Shown here: piece by piece, positions 1-14,600 of the stretch
How positions within the stretch are numbered: the first letter of the stretch is position 1
How the letters are laid out: each line of letters opens with the position of its first letter
NCBI GenBank assembly: GCA_038087875.1
Contig: CM075980.1
Span: 9,734,001 to 9,798,000, forward strand
Length of the DNA: 64,000 bases
Direction: 5' to 3'
Source of the DNA: Malacoraja senta
Lineage: Eukaryota
Translations under genes and position numbers: made by a program
The notes under the pieces: generated by a model
The model's database searches: none
Told to the model about the DNA's origin: nothing
The model's input: only the letters and a program-made list of their open reading frames with translations

Positions 1-717
1 ACACAGAAGAACTTTATCACATTCTGTCCTCCTTAAATGATATTATTATTGCTAATCCTTCACCAACATTATGACAGAGAGAGTCACCAGTGAGCAGAAA
101 CCTATGATACTGATACATATGGCAAGTGATTCATTTCCTAACTTTCAATGTCTACATGTCAAGGAACATGTCAGAAGTGTAAATTTCTTGGATGAATGGT
201 GCTTCAGGTCAAAGCAGCTACTTACTAGATTTGGACTCCACCCAGCTAAATATTCACTCACTCTATTGCTACAATGAGTATAGTAAATCAGTGCACTGTA
301 GCATCTCATCGCTGCTTCTTCAAAGGCACCTCCAACCCAAGGACTTCTGCTTCTGGACAGCCAATGGAATACAGCATCCTGGCATGAAATGATGTGGCCA
401 ATCCTTTAGCATTGCTGGCCTAACTATAGGAACTTCCAATAAAAAGGTGCCAACAGAATATCCAAAACTTAAATTACAGGAAGTGACCACCTTCTCAATT
501 ATGTTAAGACATGGCCAACAACTGCACAGCTTGCCGATGAAGTCCACATCTTAAATATCAAAGCACACTTTGCAGTAAGGACTGATCAACTGCAGTCAAG
601 CAGAGTGAATATTGTTTTGAATAATAACATGATAATATGGCCTAATTAATCAAAGCAAAATTCTCTTTGGAACTGCCAGCATTATGGATCTGTGAATTCT
701 CCCTTGGTGGAGATTCC

Positions 718-870
718 ATTTCGGGTCGAGACCCTTCTTCAGTCCTAGTCTGAAGAAGGGTCTCGACCCATTCCTTCTCTCCAGAGATGCTACCTGTCCC
801 ACTGAGTTACTCCAGCATTTTGTGTCTATCATCAGTTTAAACCAGCATCTGCAGTTCCATCCTACACATT
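718..870. repeat. Penelope-type short repeat, head-to-head inverted; other copies about 1745-1875, 2165-2385, 6226-6320, 25710-25797, 28320-28455, 29745-29876, 46205-46295, 49425-49545, 54245-54395, 59358-59545, 59728-59932, 62610-62740, 63920-64000
   Basis: Shared consensus ctgaagaagggtctcgacccgaaacgtcacccattccttctctccagagatgctgcctgtcccgctgagttactccagcattttgtgtc. Confidence 0.85.
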
Positions 871-2974
871 CCTTCTCTACACATATATCCTAAATACTTC
901 ATAATTCTATCAAAGTAAACTTTGGCATACTTGTTGAAGCAAATATAATATTCCAACAACATTATTTGGATAAACTATAGGGAATTCATAGAACAATGGT
1001 TTAATATGAAGGAAGAAAAATGTTTGCAAATAATTAAAACAGAAATGTATCACATAATACTTGATATCTGGTACATAATAATTTTAATAAATAACATAAA
1101 TCCTAAATGATAAAAAACATCTTTATACCTGCTTATATTGACAATATTAGCTCCGTCCCCAACACACTGAAACAGGAGAGGAGGTTTGAAGGGCTGATTG
1201 ATACGAAAGACACACATCAAATACAAAAATCAATTACAGTAATCAGCTTCTGTCTGGCCCCTGGGAAATCCTACCTTATTAGATACTGCAAAAATAAATC
1301 ATAAATCACATAGCAACTGGGAATGTGTTAACAGCAAAGGTCCTTTGCAATGAAATAATTTGAAATCATGAGAATTTTTGGCACCTTAACACATTCACGT
1401 CAGCTACCCCCTGACAACAATGCTGATATGAGAGCCTGAAAACTATTGAGCTACACATGCCTATACAACAGATATTGGCACAATGTTTGGAAACAGTAAT
1501 CCATTAGTGAGTAGGACATAATCTGAGCAACCTAAAATCACAAAATCCTGAACAGGTACTCTAAATATCTGTACACTAAATGTAGATTTCTGTTAATAAT
1601 AATAATCTAGTTTTCGCAGTAGCAAACTATGAATTGGAACAAGATTTACAAAAATCCACTTTCTATTATTGGACTGAATTGTAATACATATCATCCCAAT
1701 GAGCCGTAAACCTCTGGTCCATGTAGCCGCATTTAATAATGACCAGCAAAAGACAAACTGCTGGAGGAGGCAGCATCTCTAGAGGGGAGTGACAGAAAAC
1801 ATTTGATTTGAACCTTTCAAACATCGTCTGTCTCTTTGCCTCCACAGATGCTGCCTGACCCGTTGTGTTCCGCAATGAATAGTCTAACAACAGGCACCTG
1901 ATATCACTTCTCCACAGCTGGCCAAGCAGTGCATGCATTACAGCGGTGTGCCAAGTTAAAAGATCGTTGTACTCTGGAAATCATATCCCAACCCCCCTCC
2001 AATTCACATCTGCCACATTATGAAAGAGTGCATTTCCCATTGTGGAGAAGCAGCTCCCAGAACAGGAACTGGAAATCACAGGAAGGTTGGCCAAGTTGTC
2101 TTTAGACAAGAGGGACCCAAATCCACAAACTAGTTGGACCATATATTTAGTCCGAGCTAGAAATTCAAGGAACAGCAGATGCTGGAATACTGTGTACAGC
2201 ACAAAGTGCTGAAGTAACTCAGTGGGTCAGGAAGCATCGCTGAAGGACATGGATCAGCGATAATTCAGGTCGGGATCCTTCTTCAAACTTAATCAGACGG
2301 TGTCTGAAGAAAAGACCCGACCAGAACAGTTGCCTAGCCATGTCCTCTAGAGATGCTGAGTTACTCCAGCACTTTGTGTTCTATTCAGTCTGAGTTTACT
2401 AGTGATACTATGGCAAGAATGTGCATTACTGACCATATTCAGGTTCACTGGTCAGTTATTGAATATTCAACATCAGTCCAGAGAAAGAGAAACAAGAGAG
2501 ACAGACTCAATGCAGCCCTGATTCCCTGCCTCTTGTTGGATTCAAAGCTCCCCCCCAAACCCATGATCCTTCGAGGTGAATATCAGTGGCCCTCCCACCT
2601 TGCCATCCAATTGGTCAAGCTGGGACAACTTTCTAAAAGGCCACAGCAGGGGAATAACTAACACATCAGCAAACCAGAGCAGTGATAACTCTGCCTGGTT
2701 GTCAGCAGTGAAGAACCTTAACAGCAGCCACTGAAGGCCAACGCTGGGGGGCTCCAACCAAGGGAGGGAAGATGACACCAGCACCACCTAAAGAAGAAAC
2801 CGACCTTCATGAGCAGAGAATCCTGGATTTCGGGAGCCCAGCAATTACATCTATGACTGTCCCAAATGGGACACGAGACAGATAGTAAGCGCCAAAGTAT
2901 TGTATGATTAACGGTGATTGCGAGTGTGTGAATAGAGCGGCATTTGCACTGAGATCCGACTTGTATTCTTTTGT

Positions 2975-3198
2975 TTGTCTCCCCGTGACGCGCGTGGGTT
3001 TTCTCCGAGATCTTCGGTTTCCTCCCACACTCCAAAGACGTACAGGTTTGTAGGTTAATTGGCTTGGTAAATGTAAAAAAAAAAAAAATTGTCCCTAGTG
3101 GGTGAGGACAGTGTTAATGTGCGGGGATCGCTGGTCGGCGTCGACCCGGTGGGCCGAAGGGCCTGTTTCCACGCTGTATCTCTAAATAAAACTAAACT
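2975..3198 (+). mobile_element. 5'-truncated HE1/V-SINE
   Basis: ctccccgtgac...ggtttcctcccacactccaaagacgtacagg...gggccgaagggcctgtttcc...(taaac)n. Confidence 0.85.
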
Positions 3199-4069
3199 AT
3201 TCTCAAGGCAGCATTTGAACCATAATGTGAGACTTGTGGGCTAACTGAAAGTTTAGCCATCCCTGCATTAATCAGTTTTCAGGCTCTTTTCGGGGTTTTG
3301 CCAGATGGTGAAGACATGAAAAGTACAAGTGCAGAGGTATTCACCCACATCAAAGAAAGCATCTGAAAATGGCTTCAGAACTGCTTGGCTCACTTGTCAA
3401 ATAATGACAAAGTTGTTGAAATACTGCCCACACAGTCTAAAACAAAGTTTAATTTGCTGTACACACTGCACCAGTAATGCTTAGCCCAGAGTGTGCATTG
3501 GCAACTCACCACTGGTACACCTGTAAAGTTGGAAGATCCCTCCAGCCATGAAATGGGGCAGATAAACCACTCAATTTATTCAAAGGCCACGTACAAGCAC
3601 CAATCAGGATGTATTGTTCCGCCTGAAACCACTGCAAAGTTTCAATAATAATAATGCAATCGCAGGTGGCTTCTTTTATTCCATAGCTACCTCCTTTTAT
3701 AGATGGAAATTTACTCGTTTGTGATCCATTAATGTTCATAATTCGTTGTTCTCCTTTTACCTTGTGTTTTCATTTCAGAAACACGTTCCACTTCCTGTGC
3801 TTCTTTGTACAGTTGGATATGGAGCAACAATAATTGTTTGGAAGTGTTGCAAAGACATATGATATAATTGAACAGCTGAGGACCTAAAATACCATCATCG
3901 ATTTTCTGGCACCCTTGGTTCCAGAGCCTTGCTGGATTATCCAATTTGCCAGACCAGCAGAGGTTACGGCCTCAAAGAGTCGTCGAACTGTACCAGAACA
4001 GTCCGCCGCAGGGGGCAAATTTGATCCGCTGATCGGCCGTGGAAGTCCCGATAAGGTCAAGAATTCACA

Positions 4070-4712
4070 GAGCCATTTTCCCAGTGCTGAGTAATCCAGA
4101 AGTAGAGAGCATTGGTTTAAGGTGAGGGGAAATATTTAATAGGAACCCAAGGGGCAACTTTTGCACACAGTCGGTGGTACATGTATGGAACGGGCTGTCA
4201 GAAGAAGTGGTTGAGGCAGGTACAATTACAGTATTTAAAAGACATTTGGACAGGTACTGGAAATGAAAGGTTTAGAGGGATATGGGTCAAAGGCAGGCAA
4301 ATGGGACTAGCTCAAATGGGCAATATTGGTCATCATCGATGAGTTCATAATTCAGAGGAGCAGAGTTAGGCCATTCGATCCATCAAGTCTACTCTGCCAT
4401 TCAATTATGGCTGATCTATCATTCCTCTCAACCCCATTCTCCTGTCTTCCCCCCGCAATTTTTGCAACCATTTCTAATCAAGAACCTGTCACTTGCAGCT
4501 TTAAAAATACCCAATTACTTGGCCTCCACAGCTATCTGTGGCAATGAATTTCACAGATTCACCACCTTCTGACTAAAGATGTTCATCCTCATCTCCTTTC
4601 TAAAGGTATGCACTTTTATTCCCGAGGCTGAGCCTTCTAGTCCTAGACTCTCCCACTAGTGGAAACAGGATGGGCCGAAGGCTTGTTTCCATGCTGTGTG
4701 ACTCCATAACTA
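4070..4712. mobile_element. CR1 3' end (+) interrupted by an opposite-strand CR1 3' fragment (about 4350-4668)
   Basis: gaggcaggtacaattacagtatttaaaagacatttggacag...; inserted aggccattcg...atggctgatct; resumes gggccgaaggcttgtttccatgctgtgtgactc. Confidence 0.7.
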
Positions 4713-5566
4713 TGTATCCAGCCTGACTGAATCTAACCAGGTCACTGCTAGCAGTACATCGATCCTTCTGTTTAACAAGTAAGAGCTTTGCTTTGCCAGC
4801 GATCATGAGAATCAACTCAGACATAATATGTCTCATAACCAGGCCTTGCAACAACTCATGGCCATGAGTCATTGAGCAGCTGCCACTTAGCACCCCCTGG
4901 AGTAGTAAAATTACTGGGAAATCAATCACTTCAAAGTCATTGCCAAAGACTTGCTGCCCACAGTGTTCAGTGACACTACACCACAGCTCAAATATTCTGA
5001 TGCAATATCGGCAAATACTCTGACTACACCCTCTCCACTTTATTCCAAGATATCAGTACTTCCACAACCAATGTAACAGAGCTGGTGTTAAGTGAGGCCC
5101 CTCTGTGCTGCGGCAATCTCAAGACAATGACTTGCGGACCAAACAACCTGCTCTGTTCAGCCTGCCGGCTGCACTCGAGGTCTATAAAATACCTTGATCA
5201 TCCCATAATGCACATTAAATCAAGAGCAGTGGAAGTCACTGGTTGGAGAGTAAAAAATCTGTAAATCAATGAATTATGCCAAAATGACATCAGGCCCTTA
5301 CAATGTGATAACCACCTAAAGAAATCTTAAGTAACTGGCACTCTGTCTCTTCCAGCTTTATATTCGAGATAAAACACACATGGGGTCGGAAATTCTGGCT
5401 GTTGGGGATTATACACCGAATCAGCATTTTTTGCAAGGCTGCCATAGTGCTACATTGGACTGAGCGCCACAATAGGATTTCAAGTGCACATTTGTTCCTT
5501 CATTGTTTCCTAACTGTGCAACATACACTGCAAAACTTTTCAAAGGGTACTGAAATGACCTCTTAC

Positions 5567-5652
5567 CCAGTGTCTAACTGAGCAATGCAAAAGGGTGTGA
5601 TTCTTCTCCGTCCGTCAGCTGTCCTAGTTTCAATCTGTTTCTTTAATAAATT
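5567..5652 (-). CDS. HIRA: HIRA exon 13 (86 nt, ASF1-binding B-domain)
   Basis: ttatag|[29 protein letters not shown]|gtaag. Confidence 0.96.
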
Positions 5653-8600
5653 CTATAAAGGGAGAACAAGAGAGAAAGAAAATTCAGATGTTATTATCCA
5701 GCACACTATTTGCTTCCCATTGAAGGTCTCAATAACATGGCCAAGGCTTTAATTGTTAATAAGCATTACGGTTATTCAGACTGCTTTTTTAACGTCACAG
5801 ACTACAGAAAGTGCAGCACTTCGGAGAAGCCTTCATTCAGAACACAAATCCTTCGAAACAAAGGACCAAATGCGACGGTAGTAAAATACCTACACAAAAC
5901 ACGATAGGCTGCTACAATTGCCATGCAAACAATTCTTGTGAATGGTGCTCTTGCCATCTTTCAGGGGATTTTTGAAACCCAACACCCCTTGGAAACAAGC
6001 TGCATCATATTACACCAGACATGCATAATAGCAGTGGCACAATCAAGACTAACTCTCAGTGCAGGGCAGCAATTAAGTTATTTAATAAAAAAAGTGACAG
6101 CTCTTTGTTATAAAAATTCATTTTCAACTACAGATTATTATTGTATTTCATGCAATATTCGGATCCATTTTGAATAAATGTACAAGTAGCCTCCCCATGT
6201 ACTCCAGAGTTTAAAACAAAGGATCTTGAAGGGTCTCAAGCCGAAGCGTCACCTCTTCCTTTTCTCCAGAGATGTTGCCTGATCCGCCGAGTTGCTCCAG
6301 CTTTTTGTGTCTATCTTCGATCTTATAGTCATGTCTCGTTTGCTCGGTTACTGGTGATCAGTTATATTCTCCACGTTAAAGATAAAGCAGAGTTGTGGGA
6401 CAGAGAGAATGACAACACTTCTAAAGTGAAGCTAAATGCACCCGTCAAATGTTCCCAACAGGTTTTATTTGTCTTTCTGCATTGAAGAATTGTGTGAATA
6501 AATCACAGGATTTGCTAGGGGATTAGCTGCCAGATAAGGATGGTAAGGACATGAAAGGATGTTTCCATATCAACTGAATGTAAAGATCCTACATGAAGGT
6601 AAATTTGACTAACTGCCATTTATTTATCTTTAAAATCCTGCAGCTATAGTTACGCATCAAGAGATCCTGAAAGCACCTCTTAAAACCATTACTCCCATCA
6701 TTAAAGGACACCACCTGCAGATTCCCCTCCAAGCCACACACCAAAACTGACTTGGAAATGCATCATTGTTCTTTTTTTATTGCTGGGTTGAAATTCTCCG
6801 ACACTCTGGAAGAATTTAATCATAAGTGATTCAAGGACACGCTATACTTTAGAAATGAGTGATAAATATTGGCTCTGTCAACTGCATTCCATTGCTATCA
6901 ACAGGCTTTTTTTTTAAGTAACTGAAACTGAAGACAGTGAAACTTTATGCATTTAGATTTTGGGTCACCTTGGTGAAAAGCAGTTAAACAGTGTACCCTA
7001 TCCTGCAATGAAGAAATCATGGTTTAACTATAAATTTCCCACACCACATAATCAGTGTGGAAGATTACTTCATATCTAAGTAACAGTGAAAACATAAAAT
7101 GATTCATGTTCCGCTCATCATTTCTTAAAATTCAAAAATTGCACTTGCCTTTTGTTTCTTAATGGTTGATTGGTGAATTAATTGAATAATATAGCACGGA
7201 AACAGGCCCTTCAGCCTATCAAGTTCACACTAACCATCGTTCACCTGTTCTTACCAGTTGTATATTATCCCACTTTCACATCCACTCTCTACACACAAGG
7301 GGGAATTAAAAAAGGCCAATTAACCTACAAACTCGCTTGTCTGGTATGTGGGAGGAAACTTGTGCAGCACCCAGAGGAAACCGAGAGTCACAGGGAGAAC
7401 ATGCAAAATTCATGCAGACAACAGCCAAGGTCAGGATCAAACAAACCTGGGTCTCTGGTGCTGCGAGGCAGCAGTTCTACTAGCTGCATTACCTAAGACC
7501 ATGAGATCATGGGTGTAGGAGATAGTGTGTATTTTGCAACTCCACAATAGTGGTTGTGGTATTTGAAATAGGTAGTGGAGAAGAGAGAATGAAGAATTGA
7601 GTATTGCAAAGTTTCAGAGCTACATTCTTCAAGGCAAGTAAATAAAACTCCATCACTCTCCTCCTATGTATTGTAGATGGTGGAATGATGATGGAGAGTC
7701 AGAGAGTGAATCAAGCACACAGGACAACCAGCCATTAAACCTCCCTTGTGGCCACCATACGTAACTAGTAGTCAAAGTGTTTGGTCAATGGTAATACCCT
7801 CTCCACTTAACCCCTTCCCTTACCTCTTCTCCAACCTTGAACATTGATGCTGAGATATTGATGCCACTGAATATTGAAATTGGTGGGAAGATGCGTCTAT
7901 TACTGGGATCTCGTTAAGGCAGGTGGAAATTGTGAAGAATGTTGCATCCCTTGTTAGAATGATCACCGTCACTTATGCAACAAAGGTGTTTTGTGTCATT
8001 TAAAATAATTCTTCAATGGGGAATTATACAGCTCCAAAGAATAATTTATAAATCAAGAAAGGGGTAATGGGAATGGAAAGAATATTGCAGAAATAGAAGC
8101 CGACATGGATCCATTGGGCTGAGCACTCTTTCTTGTAGAGCCATAGAGCACAAAAGGAGACTCTTTGGCCTACCTGATCCCTGCTAATCATCAAACACCC
8201 ATTTACATTGATCACATTTAATTTACCCATATTCCCATCAACTCCCGATAGCTTTTTCACTACCAGGGGATATTTACAGTGATAATCTCACTGAAGAGGG
8301 CAGAAACTATATTAAAAAAGACCCATGTCTTGTTAGAAATGGTCACTGTCACTGTGATACAAATGTTTCATACCATTTAAAAATAAATTCAGACAGGATG
8401 CTTCACTTTTAGAAGAGTTTCAAATGGAATAGATTTAATTTCTTAACAGATTTAATGTCTTCCGTTTTTGCACCGTGATCATACTCGGGCAACTTTCCAC
8501 ACCATCGGGTGGATGCCAGTGTTTTAATTAAAGTGGAACAGTAGAGGGCCTTGGAAGCTACTCTGGAGCACAAGTTTTCAGCAGTTGGTTCTGCTGTCTA

Positions 8601-11600
8601 ACCCACAGACTTTACATACATATCTGGAAGACAAACTCTCCATGATAAAACTGAATCATCATCCACCACACCTGTCGTTTAAGGCAGTTTAGCAAATGCA
8701 GTGCTAATCAAGCACTAAATGCATATGTTTTTAGAGCTCCTCCTCCTGTAATCTGCTTGACTATTCAGAGTCGGATATGACAAGACTGCACAGCATTGAT
8801 CTGAACCATTGATTGTAGGATTACATGGTTTCATCTTTTACATGCTGTTTTGGTGTGGGGAAGACAAGTTGTCCTGTGATGAAGCCTCAGCAGTCGGCAC
8901 ATATCAACCACATCTGGTACTACTGGTATCCAGTTCTACCCTTGTCAATACACCAAGGCAAGTCATCAGCCTCAGGTCTTCAGGACATCAGGTCACAGAC
9001 ACACTGAAAAACAACGATATCCTTCAGCATTCAGCCAGCTCAGTCGGGGTGGCAGTTACAAGCCAGGGTGAGTGAAATTGGGGTATATTCTCTGCCCCTG
9101 ATATATTCCGTGCCTTTTTCAAATGTTGCTTACCATGGAGGAGTATTGACACAATAGCTGAGGGAGGGTAGTGGATGATATATCAGGTGCTATTTTACTT
9201 CATGGGTCTGGAATCAATATTAAGGACTGCTAGGGCTCTACGTTGTTGACTGCCCCATACCATATTGCTCTTTAGTGGTTCCGTACTGGCAATGTGATGG
9301 AACAATCTAGGAAATATCCCCAAGAAAGTAACTATATTAGACTATTGCTTCAATGGTGTGTGGACAAATCTACCAATTCAGACCTAACCCACATGCACGT
9401 GTGAACTTTGTAAATTGACTGGATTGAGAGTGGCAGCTCTGGAGTCACATTTAGGCCAGACCAGGAAGGGGTAATAGATTTCTTTACCTTAAAAATATCA
9501 GCAAACAAGATGGATTTTTTTTAAATCACACTCATTTTTCCAGACCCCCATTGTTAATAATTAAATAATAAATTTACCAGCTAACATTATGGGGTCTGAA
9601 CTCATGGCCTTGAATTACAAATCTGCACTTTAACCGCTGTTCCCCTATTACTATTGCCGCTTGTAACAATGTACAAAAGACTTAAGTCACACTTCCCTCA
9701 AATATAACAGTGAACTGATCCCAGTGATTGCTGGAGTACATAAATGGCAGCTCCCATTTACTAATTCAAGATGTGAGAAGCAAACTTTGTGGAACTTTGC
9801 TCTGTTCTATTGCACACTGCAAGTTAACTAATAAGACAATAGTCAGCAGCAATCTTGCATATTATTTAAAGTAATTGCAACTATAGTGAAAATCAAAAAT
9901 CTGCATATGTTGGAAATATAAAACAATTACAGAAAATCTTAGAAATACTCAGCACGTCAGACTGCATCTGTGAAGTATTTCCAGCATTTTCTGGTTTTGC
10001 TTTTAAGAATTGTATAAAGTTCAAAAGAACTAAAGTAGTCGGTTACAAAACAACCAAGATTGTTTGAGCAGTTTGCTTTCTCTGTCTGAGTAGGATCGGG
10101 AGCTGCTTGTTTGCTTCAGCTTGGGAGGGAATTGGTAACAACCTATTTTAGAAGGAGGATCTGCTAACATCTTGTAATCCATGCATGACTCAATAACAAG
10201 GCTTAGTCCTTGGCGTTACGTCAACAGCAGCATAATTAAATAACAAAAACAAGATAGATAGCATTAAGTTGGGCCGCTTCAATGCAGAATTCTTTAACTG
10301 ATATAAATATTTCCATGCAAGATTCAGGGCAGCTCAAGGAGGAAAGGTCAAGGAAGACACCGATGCCTGTCACCAGTTGTTTCTCCAATCTAGTCTATTA
10401 ACAATATGTGTCATGGATTAAGCAACTGTTCTTCTAGACCTCCTGTTATTCAACTGTCAATATAATCCAGTAAATTAATACTAAACTTTATGCCATTAAT
10501 TGGTTTGCACCCTAATGATTTAATAGTTCTTCGCTTTTATAAAAATAAACTTATTTTTGGAGTCGGGCCATTGTTGGCAAAGCAGCATTTATTGCATGTC
10601 CTTAATTGACCTGAGGCGGTGGCAAATCGGCTTCTTGGAACCCCTGCTGTTCCAGAGAGACTCCCATATTGCTGTTGAGGTCAAGGATTTGTGAATATCA
10701 AATAGGGGTAGGACATATGCAGTAAACAGTTGTGCACTAAGGAATGTTGATGAACATAGAGACACAGGGGACCAAGTCTGTAGTTACCTGAAAGTGGCAA
10801 CACGGGTCAATGGGGTGGTAAAGGCAGCAAACGGCATGTTTGACTTTAGCATTCAAGATTTGGAACATTATGTTGCAACTTTGAGATATTGTTTTGGCTG
10901 CACTGGAGTATTGATAGTAGTATACAAGATTAGGAGAGGCATTGATGGGTTAGATAGTCAATTTGTTTACCCCACAACAACAATAGGGCCTAGTTTCAAT
11001 ACGAGGAGCAGGAGATTTAAAGGGAATGTTAGAGAGTGTGTTTGATATCTGGAAAATATTGCCTGAAGTCTTGATAAAATCAGATACAATTACTACGTTT
11101 AAGAGTCAGCACGGCACACAAGTAGTCAAGGCATAGAAGGACATGGCCCTAATGTGGGAAAATAGAATTGGTGTGCTTGGGCAAAAAAGTTTGTCTGGCT
11201 TGGGTAAGGTTTCTGTGCTGTACAACTCTGTGACTATCTACATTCAGTGATGATGAACGAGCAGTAATGACCATGACTTGCAGATGGTTAAAATGCGAGT
11301 TGGTCACTGCAAGGTATCCAGCCTTTGCCTGCTCATGTAGCAACAATATTTATGTTGCTCATCCAGTTACATTTCTGCTCTGTGCTGACTACCAGGATAT
11401 CATGGTGCGGGACTCAGTGATGGTGATGCCATTGAATGTCCAAGGTAAGTCATTTGATTTTCTCTGCTGCAGATGGTCTTTAACTGGCACTCCTCAGCTC
11501 AGGCCTGAATGTTGTCCAGAATTTGCAGACATGAACAGCTTTATTTGCAGAAGTTACAAATAGAATGTTTTCAATCATCAGCAAGCATATCCTCTCTGAT

Positions 11601-14600
11601 CTTGTGATGAAGTGAGGTCACCAATGAAGTAGCAGAAGATAGTTGGGCCTATGACGATGCTCTGAAGAACTCCCGCACAGGTGTCCTGTGGCTCGATTAT
11701 TGACCAACTTTGTTCTCTTGTGCTAGGTACAAGTATTTTTGCTAGCTTCAGTTTTACCAGGGTATTTTGATGTCACATCAGTTTCACTTCACATCTTTGG
11801 AACATGGCAGCTCCATCACTTTACCGAATTGCAAACGATATATATTTTTAGTGGTTCTATCATGACCTATAGTTCCAAGTATTTAACATCAGTTGAAGAT
11901 TTCTCAAGTAGCATCGGGGTCATGAACACTGTTAGCATAGCAACTAATTTGCACCAAGGACCCACAAACTGCATTATAATAAAGATGAGAAAACCAGATT
12001 CAGTGAAAATAATTTGGAAGAAAATAATGACCTGGATGCAGGGGAGGATGAAAATAGTGCCATAAGACCTTAAATTCTGCTTCAAAGGAAAGACCGACCG
12101 GTTTAACATAACATTTTGATAAAAGTGATCAGACAAAGGAATAAAACAGTGACAAATATCGTTGAGAGCGTACAGCCTTCATCTTAGATCCCATTTGGGC
12201 AGAGATGAAAAGCGAGTCCAATCAAAGAGGACAAGAATGTAATTAAAAAATATGAATTACTTTGCCTCCAAAATGATGTTTAAAAAAATTACAGAATAAA
12301 AGATCAGATTTTAAATGTATGATTAGAACAGGCAATTAACAAGGGGTGCATTTTGCAAGCTACATTCAGGAAAAAGACACTTGCTACTCAAGTCTAATTT
12401 CCTCCAAAATATTTCACAAATATTGCATTGATATGAATTCTAAATTAATTGAAATTGCATTCAAGTGCAAATGTCTCATTTACAGCAGGGAAACAGGCCT
12501 TTCAGCCCAACCTTCCATACCAACTTAGATGCCTCATCCGAGCTAGTCCCATTTGCCCACATTTGGTTCATAACCTTCAAAACTTCTATCCATGTACCTA
12601 TCCAAATGTGTTCTATATACTGTTAATATACCTGCCTCAACTATATCCTCTGGCAGTTTATTCTGTATACCTATCAATTTCTGTGTGGAACAAATTGTCC
12701 CTCAGGTTTCTATTCAATCTTCCCTCTCACCTTAAACCTATCCCCTCTCGTTCTTGTTTAAGAAAGAACTGCAGATGCTGGAAAAATCGAAGGTAGACAA
12801 AAATGCTGGAGAAACTCAGCGGGTGAGGCAGCATCTATTTGGGTCGAGACTTCCAGTTCTTGATTCCCCTATTTTGTGAAAAAGACTATGTGCATTTCCC
12901 CCTCATGATTTTATACACATCTATACGGTCACTTCTCGCTTTTGGGGCACAAATAGGAGCAGAAGGAAGTGCCACTTGTTCTAATCAAACATTTGTGAGC
13001 ATTTCCAAAAAATTTCAAATAACAATGATTAACAAGAGGATTCTGTTTCAGGTCCCATAACTGATAGCCTCTCTGGGTATCAGTTACTAACCATCCCTGC
13101 TATATTCAAAACTGTGACCCCAAAACACGTTGTATTTATTTAAATTTTAATGCTGAAGAGGCTGCTTCTTTCCATTACCTTCCGAATGTCCTCCAAGCTC
13201 TCTCCATTCAGCATATTCGGCATTTTGGTGGCCATCAGTTCCCTGGACCCCAATGCATTTTTCTGCTCCTGTAACTGCTTCTGCTGCTGTTGGTACTTAA
13301 GCATCTCTGGATTTTCAATGATGGTGGTGGACAGTTGCTGCTCCGTTGTAATTGCTAAGCTTTTGCCATAAGTCTTCTGGTGAATCATATTCTGTAAGAC
13401 AGACATAGAAAATTTGGGTCACCAGGCAGGTGAAGAGTGATAATTTGCCTTAAAGGGGAATGTTTAATAATCTAATAATCAGATATATTTCTGCTCCCAG
13501 CGAGTTATGTTCTCTTGACAACAGGAAGCAATCTTAAGTAGGCGAGTGTAACATCTGCATGCACTAAAAGATTTCTGCTCTTTTATGGAAACTGTAGCAA
13601 TACTAACTCAGCCTAAATTTTACATTTTAATTACCTTTTGAATTGAAATGGATGAAAACCAAACAGTGCACAGCGTATGGATATTAAATCTTACCCTGCA
13701 CTAACGTTACTGGTGAAAATACTGGAAACATGAATGTGCACAAGTTTAACTCTCGTTGTCCAGCATTATTGTTGCAAGTAGGAAACAATTCATCTCCAAG
13801 AACATATTCCAGGTATAAATATAAAAAGTATTCGTTTGATGCAGGAGCTAAATGAGCATGCTAATAACAAATTAGTCAGTGCAATTCAGACCACAAGTCT
13901 AAAAAGACAAAAACGTGCATAGTCAGTTTGTGAATTTGTTTTTAAACTACTCAAGTTGGGATCTCACCAAATATACATTTTAATAATTGATGTTTACATG
14001 ATATTGAGTCCTTCTGAACATACTGCGGGTGAGTTGAGGGTACTCGAGAGAGTACTCGTTTTAATGTAAAGGTATATATGAGAGTGGTGGGGATTAGTGA
14101 TTACTGCAATATAAATCTCTATCAGTAATGAAGCCTGGGTTCAGTTTAACTGCATTTATGCAAGCATTTTGCTTACTCTTCTTCTTCAGTCATAGTTGGC
14201 CAGGTCATCAAAGGCTATGAATGCTCATGTGTAGCTCTATGGAAAATGATGATCTCCTCCAACCTTTCCAATATCAAACAATCCTGCACCAGGGGACCCA
14301 CTCACTTGGTGCCAAAAATATTTACTACCAAGAACTCTAGTGATCCGTCATCAAATGGCATCACTCAATAACACAATGGTACTAAATCACAACATTTGTC
14401 ACCTGGAAATTAGCAAACAAGTATTCATTGGATAATTTTTCTAATTATTTTATTTTGAAACCTCATTTTCAAGTAGTAATTCATTTCTTTTTCAACTTCT
14501 ACATTTCACCTTCTTATGAGATCACCTCTAACCTCATGAGTAACATTATTAATTTGGGAAAGTTATATCACATATTGTCCCAGGATACCAAAACCACATC

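Noticed and set aside
1-5566. Search for HIRA exon 14 (DFSTAFFNSIP-like)
   Set aside because: No convincing match; presumably beyond the window start.
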